A DNA stretch of 64,000 nt from an uncultured Planctomycetota bacterium. Its GTDB lineage: Bacteria > Planctomycetota > Planctomycetia > Gemmatales > Gemmataceae. The notes beneath the pieces were generated by a model that saw only the letters and a list, made by a program, of their open reading frames with translations, had not been told where the DNA came from and made no database searches. This document shows, piece by piece, positions 13,461 through 22,932 of this stretch. The stretch's first letter is position 1. Every line of letters starts with the position of its first letter. Location: positions 736,001 through 800,000 of the forward strand of contig CAWKHF010000012.1 of the NCBI GenBank assembly GCA_963849325.1, in the 5' to 3' direction. Both the position numbers and the translations under genes were made by a program.

Positions 13461-13489
13461 ACTGTAAAAAGCTCCCCTCATCCTGTCAA
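13461..13489 (-). promoter_or_regulatory. Sigma70-type promoter TTGACA-N17-TACAGT (copy 1)
   Basis: Consensus -35, 17-nt spacer, 4/6 match at -10, about 130 nt upstream of the ATG. Confidence 0.7.
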
Positions 13490-13564
13490 GCAGAGCGTCG
13501 GCCCTCGGTCGGCACCGGCGTCAGGTCAACGAGGACACGGAGTCGTCGTCGGGACATCCCGCGT

Positions 13565-14296
13565 TTAGGCCAACAGTTCGGCGAACGTGTGGCGGCGCTT
13601 GCGCCAGGACGTGACGCCGGCGAAGGCCAGGCCCAGGCACGACAGCACCAACGTGGACGGCTCGGGCGTGCTGGCGGTTGTACCACTGCCGCTACTCGGC
13701 GTCACAGTGATATAGGCGCCGATGCTGCCGACCGGACTGGGACTGCCCGGCGACGGCGGAATCGGCGGTCCAGGCGCCGTGTACGACAACAAACCCGACG
13801 AGAGCGTGAACTTGTCGCCATTGCTGGCCGTCCAGGTGTACGACGACTGCGGATTGCTGGGATCGGTGCCGATGCCGGAGAACGTGTTGCCCACGTTGGC
13901 ATTGGATTGGGAAAACGTGTTCTGGCTCTTGGTCGGGTCCGTCAGGTCGGTAATGCCCAGCTTGCCCGTCAGAAAGATGGTCGGACTGGTCTGACCGTTG
14001 TTCTGGTCCGTAATGGTCAGGCCAACCTGATACGCTCCACTGTTGACGAACGTATTGGGGCTGGACGGCAACGCCGTACTGGACAGGCTCAGGTTGCTGA
14101 CGATGACGTTGGAGCTGTTCTGCGCCGTCCCCGACGACTGCGAGAAGGCCACCGAGCCGGAGTTGTTGTCCGCCGGGAGGATCGCCTGCGAAGGGCTGAA
14201 ACTGTAGGTCCAGTTCACTGGACCCGCCGTCGCCCAGCCGCCGGCCAAGAAGAGCAGGCCGGCCGACGAGGCGAACAAGAGAAGGGAACGTTTCAT
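13565..14296 (-). CDS. PEP-CTERM sorting-domain surface protein, copy 2
   Basis: As copy 1; differs in the linker before PEP (ITVTPSSGSGTTAS vs INVTGGTGTVSS) and WRKRR vs WRERR. Confidence 0.92.
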   Translation of the reverse strand: MKRSLLLFASSAGLLFLAGGWATAGPVNWTYSFSPSQAILPADNNSGSVAFSQSSGTAQNSSNVIVSNLSLSSTALPSSPNTFVNSGAYQVGLTITDQNNGQTSPTIFLTGKLGITDLTDPTKSQNTFSQSNANVGNTFSGIGTDPSNPQSSYTWTASNGDKFTLSSGLLSYTAPGPPIPPSPGSPSPVGSIGAYITVTPSSGSGTTASTPEPSTLVLSCLGLAFAGVTSWRKRRHTFAELLA

Positions 14297-14429
14297 ATCT
14301 GTGGGTCCTTTCCTATCCGTGGTATTGACCACACGAAGAATCTGCGAACGATCTCCGGAATCCATTCAAGAGGTCCCATCGAGGAGCGCGACCTTCAACC
14401 GCGTCGAGCTTCCTCGACTTCGCAAGCGT

Positions 14430-14458
14430 ACTGTAAAAAGCTCCCCTCATCCTGTCAA
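14430..14458 (-). promoter_or_regulatory. Sigma70-type promoter TTGACA-N17-TACAGT (copy 2)
   Basis: Identical to 13461-13489. Confidence 0.7.
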
Positions 14459-14505
14459 GCAGAGCGTCGGCCCCTCGGCGTCCGCGCCGGTAAACTGGAC
14501 CGAAC

Positions 14506-14570
14506 TGGCGAACGGCCGGCGTAAGCCGGCTGGTGGGACGCACCAGCCGGCTTACGCCGGCCGTTCGCCA
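14506..14570. repeat. REP-like perfect palindrome (30-bp arms) after lpdA
   Basis: TGGCGAACGGCCGGCGTAAGCCGGCTGGTG and its reverse complement, 5-nt loop. Confidence 0.85.
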
Positions 14571-14580
14571 TTCGCTCGCC

Positions 14581-15993
14581 CTAAGACTTCTTCGGCGGCA
14601 TTTGATGCACGGCCAGACCGTACAGCGATTCGGCGGCTTCCATGACGGTCTCCGACAGCGTCGGATGCGCGTGCATGGTCATGGCCAGGTCGCGGGCGGA
14701 GGCGGCCATCTCGATGGCCAACATCGCCTCGGCGATCATCTCGCCGGCGCCGGCGCCGACGATGCCGACGCCAAGCACGCGGTCGCTCTCCGGATCGACG
14801 ATCAACTTGGTCAGCCCCTCGGTGCGATCCAGCGTCAAGGCCCGGCCGGAGCCGGCCCACGGGAAGCGCACGCGCTTGACCTCGCGCTGTTGCCGCTTGG
14901 CCTCCGTCTCGGTCAGTCCGCACCAGGCCACCTCGGGGTCGGTGAACACCACCGCCGGCACGGCGCGGGCGTCGTAGACGGCCGGCTCGCCGGCGAGGAC
15001 TTCGACGGCGATCTTGCCCTCGTAGGTGGCCTTGTGCGCCAGCATCGGCTCGCCGGCCACGTCGCCGATGGCGTAGATGCGCTCCGCCGTCGTCCGCCGC
15101 CGCTCGTCCACCTTGACGAAGCCCTTGTCGTCGATTTCGACGCCGGCCTTGTCCAGTCCGAGGTCACGGCTGTTGGGACGACGACCCACCGCGACCAGCA
15201 CACGCTCGAAGATCGGCTGCTTGTCGGTGACTTCCTCGCCTTCCAGCGTGGCCCGGATGCCTTTCGGCGCCTCTTCCAGCCGGGCGACCTTGGTCTTGAG
15301 ATAAATCTTGTCGAACATCTTCCCCAGCCGCTTGTGCAGGGGCAGGACCAGATCCCGATCGACGCCCGGCAAGAGTCCGTCGGTCAGCTCGACCACCGTG
15401 ACCTTGCTGCCCAGGGCGGCGTAGACGTAGCCCATCTCCAGGCCGATGTAGCCGCCGCCGACGACGAGCAGGCGTGGCGGCAGGTCTTCCAGCTTCAGCG
15501 CCCCGGTCGAGTCCATGACGCGCGGATTGGCCAGGTTGAGGCTCGGCGGCGCGGCCGGAACGGAGCCGGTCGCCACGATGCAGTTCTCGAAGCGATAACG
15601 TCCTCCGCCTTCCACCTCGATGGTACGGCCGTCGAGGAACTTGCCGCGGCCGACGACGTAATCGATTTGGCGTGCCTTGGACAATCGACCCAGGTTGCCG
15701 GTCAGCGTATCGACCACTTTCATCCAGTGGCCGCGGACGCCGTTGATGTCGATCTTCGGCGCCGAGAAGGTGACGCCGATGTGGGCGGCGTCGCGGGCAT
15801 CGGTGATGAGCTTGGCGGCGTGCAGACAAGCCTTGGACGGGATGCAACCGACGTGCAGGCAGGTGCCTCCCGGCCGTTCGCGGGCGTCGATCAGCGTGAC
15901 CTTCATGCCCTTGTCGGCGGCCAGGAACGCCGCCGCGTAACCGCCGGGACCGGCGCCGAGGACGATCAGTTGCGTTTCGATAACGTCAGCCAT
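14581..15993 (-). CDS. lpdA: Dihydrolipoyl dehydrogenase (E3)
   Basis: GAGPGG, GGTCLHVGCIPSK redox disulfide, GGGYIGLE, HAHPTLSE. Confidence 0.96.
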   Translation of the reverse strand: MADVIETQLIVLGAGPGGYAAAFLAADKGMKVTLIDARERPGGTCLHVGCIPSKACLHAAKLITDARDAAHIGVTFSAPKIDINGVRGHWMKVVDTLTGNLGRLSKARQIDYVVGRGKFLDGRTIEVEGGGRYRFENCIVATGSVPAAPPSLNLANPRVMDSTGALKLEDLPPRLLVVGGGYIGLEMGYVYAALGSKVTVVELTDGLLPGVDRDLVLPLHKRLGKMFDKIYLKTKVARLEEAPKGIRATLEGEEVTDKQPIFERVLVAVGRRPNSRDLGLDKAGVEIDDKGFVKVDERRRTTAERIYAIGDVAGEPMLAHKATYEGKIAVEVLAGEPAVYDARAVPAVVFTDPEVAWCGLTETEAKRQQREVKRVRFPWAGSGRALTLDRTEGLTKLIVDPESDRVLGVGIVGAGAGEMIAEAMLAIEMAASARDLAMTMHAHPTLSETVMEAAESLYGLAVHQMPPKKS

Positions 15994-16047
15994 GTTCTTC
16001 GCTTCCTGTCCGTTTTTTCCTTCTTTTTTCCTTTCGCCGCTACGGCG

Positions 16048-16362
16048 TCACAGCCCCAACCAGCGGCGCACGGCTTCCTCTACCCGTGCCGACTGGTCCG
16101 CCGTCAGATCTCCCAGCTTTCGCACCAATTTGACCTGGGGCACCGTCAGCACCTGCTGGGCATCGAACACACCCGGCTTCAAGAATGGCGCTTTGACATT
16201 AACTTCAACCCGTGTCCCTTGCACACTGGTTGTATGGGCCAGCACCGTGACTAACACGCGGTCCTGCGGGTCGGTCGGCACACTCAGAATCAGGCAGGGC
16301 CGCGTCTTCGCTGCCAGTCCCAAGTTCACGATCCAGACCGAGCCACGGTCAGCTCTGGGCAT
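16048..16362 (-). CDS. PemK/MazF-family toxin
   Basis: RGSVWIVNLG...KTRPCLILS, FDAQQVLTV, LVRKLGDL. Confidence 0.88.
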   Translation of the reverse strand: MPRADRGSVWIVNLGLAAKTRPCLILSVPTDPQDRVLVTVLAHTTSVQGTRVEVNVKAPFLKPGVFDAQQVLTVPQVKLVRKLGDLTADQSARVEEAVRRWLGL

Positions 16363-16546
16363 GACGGGCCTCTTCAGCATCCAAGGCACGGAACAGTTCG
16401 TCGGCAGCTTCGACGAGGGCGGGCTCGGGCAAGTCTCCTTCGCCAAACACCGAAGCCCGGCGGAGGATCTCGACAGCCGCTTGGTACTTGTCGGCTTCTG
16501 AGAGGCTGTCGAAATTATCCAAGAGTTGCTGAACGGCGGTGGTCAT
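16349..16546 (-). CDS. Putative antitoxin (65 aa, acidic) overlapping the toxin start
   Basis: Small acidic ORF immediately upstream of and overlapping the MazF-like gene. Confidence 0.7.
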   Translation of the reverse strand: MTTAVQQLLDNFDSLSEADKYQAAVEILRRASVFGEGDLPEPALVEAADELFRALDAEEARHAQS

Positions 16547-16564
16547 ACGTGGTCTCCAAACAGT

Positions 16565-17896
16565 TTACAACAACATCATGAGCGGATTTTCCAGCAATTC
16601 CGCCAGGCGGCGCGTGAAGCGGGCGGCGGCGGCGCCGTCGATGACACGGTGATCGTAGGACAGCGACAACGGCAGCATCAGCCGCGGCACAATCGGCCCG
16701 CCGCGCACCACGGGTTCGAGCCGGCTGCGCGACAGGCCGAGGATCGCCACTTCAGGATAATTGACAATCGGTGTGAACGCCGTGCCGCCGATGCCGCCGA
16801 GGTTGGTGATGGTGAACGTGCCGCCCTTCAACTCCGCCGAGTCGAGCTTGCGGTCGCGGGCGCGCTGGGCGATGGCGTTCAGCTCCTCGGCCAACTCACG
16901 GACGTGCTTCTTGTCCACGTCGCGCAGCACCGGCACGAGCAGTCCGCCCTCGGTGTCCACCGCCACGCCGATGTGATAGTAGCGTTTGAGGATGAGCTTA
17001 CCGCCGGCCACGTCGATGCTGGCGTTGAAGTTGGGGAACTCGGCCAGGGCCATGGCCGACGCCCGCAGCACGAAGGCCGTCACGGTCAGCTTCGGCCCCT
17101 TGCCCTCCGACTGTTGTTTGCGGAACGCTTCGAGGTCGGTGATGTCGGCGAGATCGTGCTGGGTGACGTGCGGAATCAGGCTCCAGGCGAGGCTCATCTG
17201 CCGGGCCGTGGCCTTGCGGACGGCGCCGAGCGGCTGCGCCTCGATCGGTCCCCACTCCTCGAAGTTGGGCAACGGCGGCGGCTGGACGCCAGGCCCGGCC
17301 GCGGGCACAGACAGGCCCGCGCCAGAGGCGAGCTGACGGACGTACTCCTTGATGTCCTCCTCGACGACCCGTCCGTGTCGTCCGGTGCCGTGTACCTGGC
17401 GCAGATCGACGCCCAGTTCGCGGGCCAGGCGGCGCGTCGCCGGCCCGGCCGGTACGATGCGCTCCTCCGCTGGGGGCGGCGCCGGCGAGGGACGTTCGAT
17501 GACCGGCTGTTGTGGCTTGTGAAGCGGCGTCACGGCGGCGGCCGGCCTTGATGGTGCAGGTGCCGGCGTCTCCTTCTTGACCGGCGGCACAGGCTCGGGA
17601 GCGCGGGCGGGGGATGGCTCCGCCTTCGCGGCCGGGGCGGCGGCGGCCGGCTCGCCGTTGCTGCCGTCGATGACGCAGTACACCTGGCCAATGGTGATCT
17701 GATCGCCGGGTTTGACGAGAATCTTGGTCACGCGGCCGGCCATCGGCGACGGTACGTCCAGCGCCGCCTTGTCGGCCTGCACTTCCAGAAGCGGCTGGTC
17801 CTTGGACACCACGTCGCCGGCCGCGACCTTGATCGCGTTGACCTCGACGGTATCGACGTTCTCCTTGAGCGCTTGCAGCTTGATCTCGTTCGCCAT
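16565..17896 (-). CDS. aceF: Pyruvate dehydrogenase E2 dihydrolipoamide acetyltransferase
   Basis: Lipoyl motif QADKA, E3-binding PATRRLARELGVDL, catalytic DHRVIDG. Confidence 0.93.
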   Translation of the reverse strand: MANEIKLQALKENVDTVEVNAIKVAAGDVVSKDQPLLEVQADKAALDVPSPMAGRVTKILVKPGDQITIGQVYCVIDGSNGEPAAAAPAAKAEPSPARAPEPVPPVKKETPAPAPSRPAAAVTPLHKPQQPVIERPSPAPPPAEERIVPAGPATRRLARELGVDLRQVHGTGRHGRVVEEDIKEYVRQLASGAGLSVPAAGPGVQPPPLPNFEEWGPIEAQPLGAVRKATARQMSLAWSLIPHVTQHDLADITDLEAFRKQQSEGKGPKLTVTAFVLRASAMALAEFPNFNASIDVAGGKLILKRYYHIGVAVDTEGGLLVPVLRDVDKKHVRELAEELNAIAQRARDRKLDSAELKGGTFTITNLGGIGGTAFTPIVNYPEVAILGLSRSRLEPVVRGGPIVPRLMLPLSLSYDHRVIDGAAAARFTRRLAELLENPLMMLL

Positions 17897-17919
17897 CGGC
17901 TTTGGTCCCTGCAAAGATT

Positions 17920-18007
17920 TAACCACGGATTACACGGATAACACGGATAAAAGACATTCATTTTTCTTTTTATCTTTTATCCGTGTTATCCGTGTAATCC
18001 GTGGTTA
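17920..18007. repeat. Perfect 35-bp inverted repeat built from 9-mer units (CACGGATWA x3) with an AT-rich loop
   Basis: TAACCACGGATTACACGGATAACACGGATAAAAGA and its exact reverse complement at 17973-18007. Confidence 0.9.
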
Positions 18008-18019
18008 GTTTTTTTCGAG

Positions 18020-20799
18020 TTAGGCCCGCATGGGGCTGATTTTCTCCGGGAGGATGCCGAATTTGTCGATGGCCTGCTGCACCACGGCGGGCTTGACGGC
18101 GCCGCGCTGGGCCAGCTGCCACAGGGCGGCCACGGTGAGACACTCCGCATCGACCTCGAAGTGGCGCCGCAGGGCGGCCCGCGTCTCGCTGCGGCCGAAG
18201 CCGTCGGTGCCCAGCGCGAACAGTCCTCCCGGCACCCAGCGGCTAATCATCTCCGGCACCTGCCGCACGTAATCGCTCGCCGCCAGGAAGACGCCCTCGC
18301 CCTCGCGGCTCAGCACCTCGCGCAAGTAACTGGTGCGCGGCGGCTGGGCCGGATGCAGCATGTTCCAGCGCTCGACCTCCAGGGCGTCGCGGCGCAGCTC
18401 GCGATAACTGGTCGCGCTCCACACGTCCGCGTGGACGCCGAAATGCTCGCCGAGCATCTCCTGCGCTTCAGCGCGTGCAGCAAGATCGGTCCACTGCCGA
18501 ACAGGTGGACCTTGGGCAGCTTGCTCTTGGTCTGGCCTGGACGCAGCTTGTACAGACCCTTGAGGATGCCGTCGGCCGCGTCCGCCGGCATCGCCGCCAT
18601 CGGATAATTCTCGTTGTACAGCGTGATGTAGTAGAAATGATCGTCCGTGACCTGCTCGTACATGCGGCGAATGCCGTCGCGCACAATGACGGCCAACTCG
18701 AAGGCGTAGGCCGGGTCGTAGCAAATCAGGTTCGGCACCGTCGAGGCGTGGACGTGGCTATGGCCGTCTTCGTGCTGGAGTCCTTCACCGTTGAGCGTGG
18801 TCCGGCCGGCGGTGGCGCCGAGCAGGAAGCCGCGCGTCCGCATGTCGGCGGCGGCCCAGATCAAGTCGCCGATGCGCTGGAAGCCGAACATCGAATAGTA
18901 GATGAAGAACGGAATGGTCGGCACGCCATGCGTCGCGTAGGCGGTGCCGGCGGCGATGAACGACGACATCGAGCCGGCCTCGGTGATGCCTTCCTCCAGG
19001 ATCTGACCGTCCTTGGCCTCGCGGTAGGCCGTCGCATGGAATTGCGCATCGACCGGCTCATAAAGCTGGCCGACGTTGGAGTAAATCTTGTATTTGGCGA
19101 AGTACGGGTCCATGCCGAACGTCCGAGCCTCGTCAGGAATGATCGGCACGATCCACTTGCCCAGTTCCTTGTCCTCTAGCAGCGTGCCCAGCATGTCCAC
19201 AAAGGCGATGGTGGTGGAAAACGCCTTGGTGCCGCTGCCCTTGGCGTAGTAGTGCGCGAACTCGACGCCGGGCGCCTTCAGCGGCGGACATTCGACCTTA
19301 CGGGCCGGCAGATGGCCGCCCAACTCCTTGCGCCGCTTCTGCAAGTATTTCAACTCGCTGGAATCCTCCGGCGGCTTGTAGAAACCGACCTTGTTGACCG
19401 TTTCGTCGGAAACGCTCAGGCCGAAGCGATTGCGGAACTCGATGAGATACTTGGCTTCGACCTTCTTGGTCTGGTGGGCGACGTTCTTGCCCTCGCCGGC
19501 GTCGCCCAGGCCGTAGCCCTTGACGGTGTGGGCCAGGATGACGGTCGGCTGGCCGCAATGTTCCACCGCCGCCTTGTAGGCCGCGTACACCTTGACTGGA
19601 TCGTGTCCGCCGCGCTTGAGCTTGGTCAACTGCTCGTCGGACAGGTTCTCGACCAATTTGAGCAACTCGGGATACTTGCCGAAGAAGTGCTTGCGGATGT
19701 AGGCGCCGCCCTCGACGGTGTACTTCTGGAATTCGCCGTCCACGACCTCGCCCATGCGCTGCACCAGCAGGCCGCTCTTGTCGCGCTCCAGCAACGGGTC
19801 CCAGTCGCTGCCCCAGATGACCTTGATGCAGTTCCAGCCGGCGCCGCGGAAAGCGGCCTCCAACTCCTGGATGATCTTGCCGTTGCCGCGCACCGGGCCG
19901 TCCAGCCGCTGCAAATTGCAGTTGATGACCCAGATGAGGTTGTCGAGCTTCTCGCGCGAGGCCAGCGTGATGGCGCCGAGCGTCTCCGGCTCGTCGCATT
20001 CGCCGTCGCCGAGGAACGCCCAGACCTTGTGGCCGGACGTTTTCTTCAGGCCGCGGTGTTCGGCATAGCGATTGAAACGCGCCTGGTAGATGCTCATGAT
20101 CGGGCCGAGACCCATCGACACGGTGGGAAACTGCCAGAAAGTCGGCATCAACCAGGGATGCGGATACGACGACAGGCCGCCGCCCTCCTGCAACTCGCGG
20201 CGGAAGTTGAGAAGCTGCGTCTCGCCGAGGCGGCCTTCGAGGAAGGCGCGCGAGTAAAAGCCGGGTGAGGCGTGGCCCTGGAAATACACCTGGTCCGGCC
20301 CGTCGGGATGGTCCGGTCCCTTGAAGAAGTGGTTGAAGCCGATCTCGTACAGCGTGGCCGACGACGCGAAGGTGGCGATGTGGCCGCCGATGCCGTCCGC
20401 CTCCTTGTTGGCATGAACGACCATGGCCATCGCGTTCCAGCGGATCAGACTCTTGATGCGCCGCTCCAGTTCGCGGTTGCCGGGAAAGAGCGGTTGGCGC
20501 GATAGGGGGATGGTGTTGATGTAGGGCGTGTTGGCGGTGAAGGGGATTTCGACGCCGCTGCGGACGGCCTTGTTTTTCAGTTGACGGAGCAGGAATTGCG
20601 CCCGCTCCTCGCCGCTGCTCTGCAAAACGGCGTCCAGCGCGTCGAGCCATTCGCGGGTCTCCACGCTATCAACGTCGCGGGCGCCGTCGCCGGCCTCGAC
20701 GTGGCCGTTGCTGCCGTTGGGGAGCATTCCGTTTTCGCCGTTGCCGCTGCCGGCCATCGACTCGACGTTGCGACTACTCCCCTTGATACTATCTGCCAT
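18020..20799 (-). CDS. aceE: Pyruvate dehydrogenase E1, homodimeric type; apparent frameshift near 18470
   Basis: ETREWLDAL, FQGHASPG, FPTVSMGLGP, GDGE...NCNLQRLDGPVRGN, GEGLQH, LGTDGFGRSE. Confidence 0.96.
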
Positions 20800-20888
20800 G
20801 GCACTGCTCCCAGACGACTATGGTTGCGCCCTCTCGATCCGGCTGTCTCCCCGGTCTCGTTATTATTCTAGTGGGATTGCGATCCGCC

Positions 20889-20961
20889 GTCCGTCCGAGC
20901 CGGAAGCGTAAGCGAAGAGTTTCAGCGAAGCTCTTCGCTTACGCTTCCGGCTCGGACGGAC
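20889..20961. repeat. REP-like palindrome, family C (GAGCCKGAAGCGTAAGCGAAGAG arm), copy 1
   Basis: Inverted repeat; other copies at 32572-32624 and 50656-50704. Confidence 0.88.
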
Positions 20962-20972
20962 ACGCGCACGGA

Positions 20973-22070
20973 TCAGGTATGGACGGCGTCGAACAGGACG
21001 AGGGCGTGCGGTCCGAAAAACAGGACGGGCATCCACGCCGCTAGCGCCGGGTTGATGTACTCGTTGTCGCCGAGCATCTTGCAAGCGTAGCAGGCCGCGA
21101 AGAACACGCCGCACAGCACCAGGCACATGCCCGAGCTGATGATAACGTTGCGGTTCTGGTCGCGCAGGATCACCGACAGACCCAGCAGTACCAGCACCAT
21201 GCCCAAAAGCGGCCGCGTCAGGCGCGTGTGGAAAAGCACGGCCATCGACGCCAGGCGGTTGGACTCGGGCCGTTGCAGCTCATCGTACAGCTGGGCCGTC
21301 GAGGCCATCAGGAACCAGTTGGGATTGCGCGTCACCGCCTCGAAATCGACCTCGCGCGTGTGCAGGAAATAGCGGCCGCTGTCCCGCTGGTCGAGGATGC
21401 CGGGGATGGGTTCAACGTCGGCCGGCTTGGTGCCGACCAGCTCCCAACCGCCCTGGTGAGGACGCGAGCCGGGAACGTAACGGGCCTCCAGGGCGGTCAG
21501 ATGGACCTGGGTGCCGCCCAACGTCTCGGGGATCAGGCAGTAAAACAGGCTGACGGTGCGGTCTCGACGCACGGCCCGGTCGCCGTGGATGTGGATGTCG
21601 TTGGATTCGTAGGCCGCCCGTACCGGGATGGTCTTCTGTCCGCCCGGATCGTCGCGGTCCAGCGCCAGCTTGTCGGCGATGCGCGGGATGATGAACTCCT
21701 GATTGACCACGGCCAGGCCGAGCATGACAAAGGCGCACAGCAGCACCGGCGTGACGATGCGCCGCGTCGAGATGCCGGCCGACAACAGCGGCACCTGTTC
21801 GTTGTTGCGCTGCATCCAGGCCACCGTGAACATGGCCGCCAACAGCACGATGGCCTCGCACAGTCGATCGAAAATCTGCGCCACCTTGTAGCCGTAGTAG
21901 GCGAAGATGCGCAGCAGCGAGGCCCATAAGCCCTTGTTGTGGTGCGTGAAATCGTCGAGGTTGGTGAACAGGTCCACCACGACGTACAGGCTGAGCAAGC
22001 TCGCTAAACAGACGAGGTACGACTTGAAGTAGCCGCGAACCATCTGCCGATCGATGAGCTTGACGATCAT
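20973..22070 (-). CDS. LptF/LptG-family permease
   Basis: LIDRQMV start, 3+3 TM layout, RNNE...AGIS.RRI motif, PALAAWMP near the C-terminus. Confidence 0.85.
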   Translation of the reverse strand: MIVKLIDRQMVRGYFKSYLVCLASLLSLYVVVDLFTNLDDFTHHNKGLWASLLRIFAYYGYKVAQIFDRLCEAIVLLAAMFTVAWMQRNNEQVPLLSAGISTRRIVTPVLLCAFVMLGLAVVNQEFIIPRIADKLALDRDDPGGQKTIPVRAAYESNDIHIHGDRAVRRDRTVSLFYCLIPETLGGTQVHLTALEARYVPGSRPHQGGWELVGTKPADVEPIPGILDQRDSGRYFLHTREVDFEAVTRNPNWFLMASTAQLYDELQRPESNRLASMAVLFHTRLTRPLLGMVLVLLGLSVILRDQNRNVIISSGMCLVLCGVFFAACYACKMLGDNEYINPALAAWMPVLFFGPHALVLFDAVHT

Positions 22071-22115
22071 GGTCCCGTGGTCCGTCGTGCCGGGGTTGCG
22101 ATTCCACTCGATCCG

Positions 22116-22745
22116 TCAGGGGCGTCCGTGGGCGGCGACCGGCAGGCGCAGGCCGCGACGATAGCTGAGCACGTACTGCGTCACATAGTCGTTGGCGCAG
22201 GTGCAGACCCAGGGGCCGAAGCCCTGCGCCTTCATCTCGCGGTAGGCCTCGTCCGCCGACCAGCCCTGGTATTCCATGCGATAGACAGCGGTGAGAATGC
22301 CGGTGCGATGCAGGCCGGCGTGACAGTGGATCAGCACCGGATAGTTGGACTCATTGTCGAGAAGGGCCAGCATCTCGTCGATGGCCGGCGGCCGTTGTTC
22401 GGGAATGAGGCGGCGCGAGATCAGCGTCGGCGCCAGGTGGACGTAGCGCACGCCCAGCTGTCGGCACAGTTCGCTCTCCTTGATGGTCCGGCGGCCCCAG
22501 AAACTCACGTCGAGGTCGGGGTCGGGATATTCGTCCTGGACGTTGAGGATGGTGCGGATGTGATAGCGCTCAACGGCGTCGGCGAAGCCGTCGGCGGTCA
22601 TCTGACCGCTGCGGTACACGCGGCCGGGATCGACGATCCGCAACCGCTTGTGCGTGTCGTAGACGCAGCGGAAACAGACCAGGGGGACGATGACGAGGAT
22701 GCCGACCAGCCCCGCCACCAGGGCCGCGCGGATAACGCCTGCCAT
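22116..22745 (-). CDS. Protein-tyrosine/dual-specificity phosphatase-family protein, membrane anchored
   Basis: YRSGQ and the HCHAGLHRTG (CX5R) active site. Confidence 0.88.
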   Translation of the reverse strand: MAGVIRAALVAGLVGILVIVPLVCFRCVYDTHKRLRIVDPGRVYRSGQMTADGFADAVERYHIRTILNVQDEYPDPDLDVSFWGRRTIKESELCRQLGVRYVHLAPTLISRRLIPEQRPPAIDEMLALLDNESNYPVLIHCHAGLHRTGILTAVYRMEYQGWSADEAYREMKAQGFGPWVCTCANDYVTQYVLSYRRGLRLPVAAHGRP

Positions 22746-22856
22746 GCCTCTCGCTCCTCTCCGGAGGGCGTCCGTGGTTCCGGCACGGACGGACTACGGC
22801 TACTCCGTCTAAATCGGGCGGGGATTGTGGCAGCTTTGCCGGAAAACTGCAAGACG

Positions 22857-22918
22857 AACCGAGCCGCGACCGTAAGGGAGCGCAGAAAGCCCCGCTCCCT
22901 TACGGTCGCGGCTCGGTT
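22857..22918. repeat. REP-like palindrome (AGCCGCGACCGTAAGGGAGCG arm)
   Basis: Perfect arms AACCGAGCCGCGACCGTAAGGGAGCG and reverse complement. Confidence 0.85.
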
Positions 22919-22932
22919 GGGTCGGCTGGTAC

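Larger units (their letters stand above)
12562..14478. repeat. Tandem duplication, two ~950-bp copies (12562-13508 and 13526-14478), each with gene, leader and promoter
   Basis: Direct comparison; offset is 963 bp at the gene 3' end and 969 bp at the 5' end. Confidence 0.95.

Noticed and set aside
12700-13710. PEP-CTERM variable linker as a diversity-generating retroelement TR/VR pair
   Set aside because: The differences include a 6-bp indel and non-adenine changes, both copies are full genes, and no reverse transcriptase is in the window.
12464-14524. 686-aa plus-strand ORF with an internal repeat
   Set aside because: Antisense shadow of the duplicated PEP-CTERM genes; Arg/Gly-rich with no domain signal.
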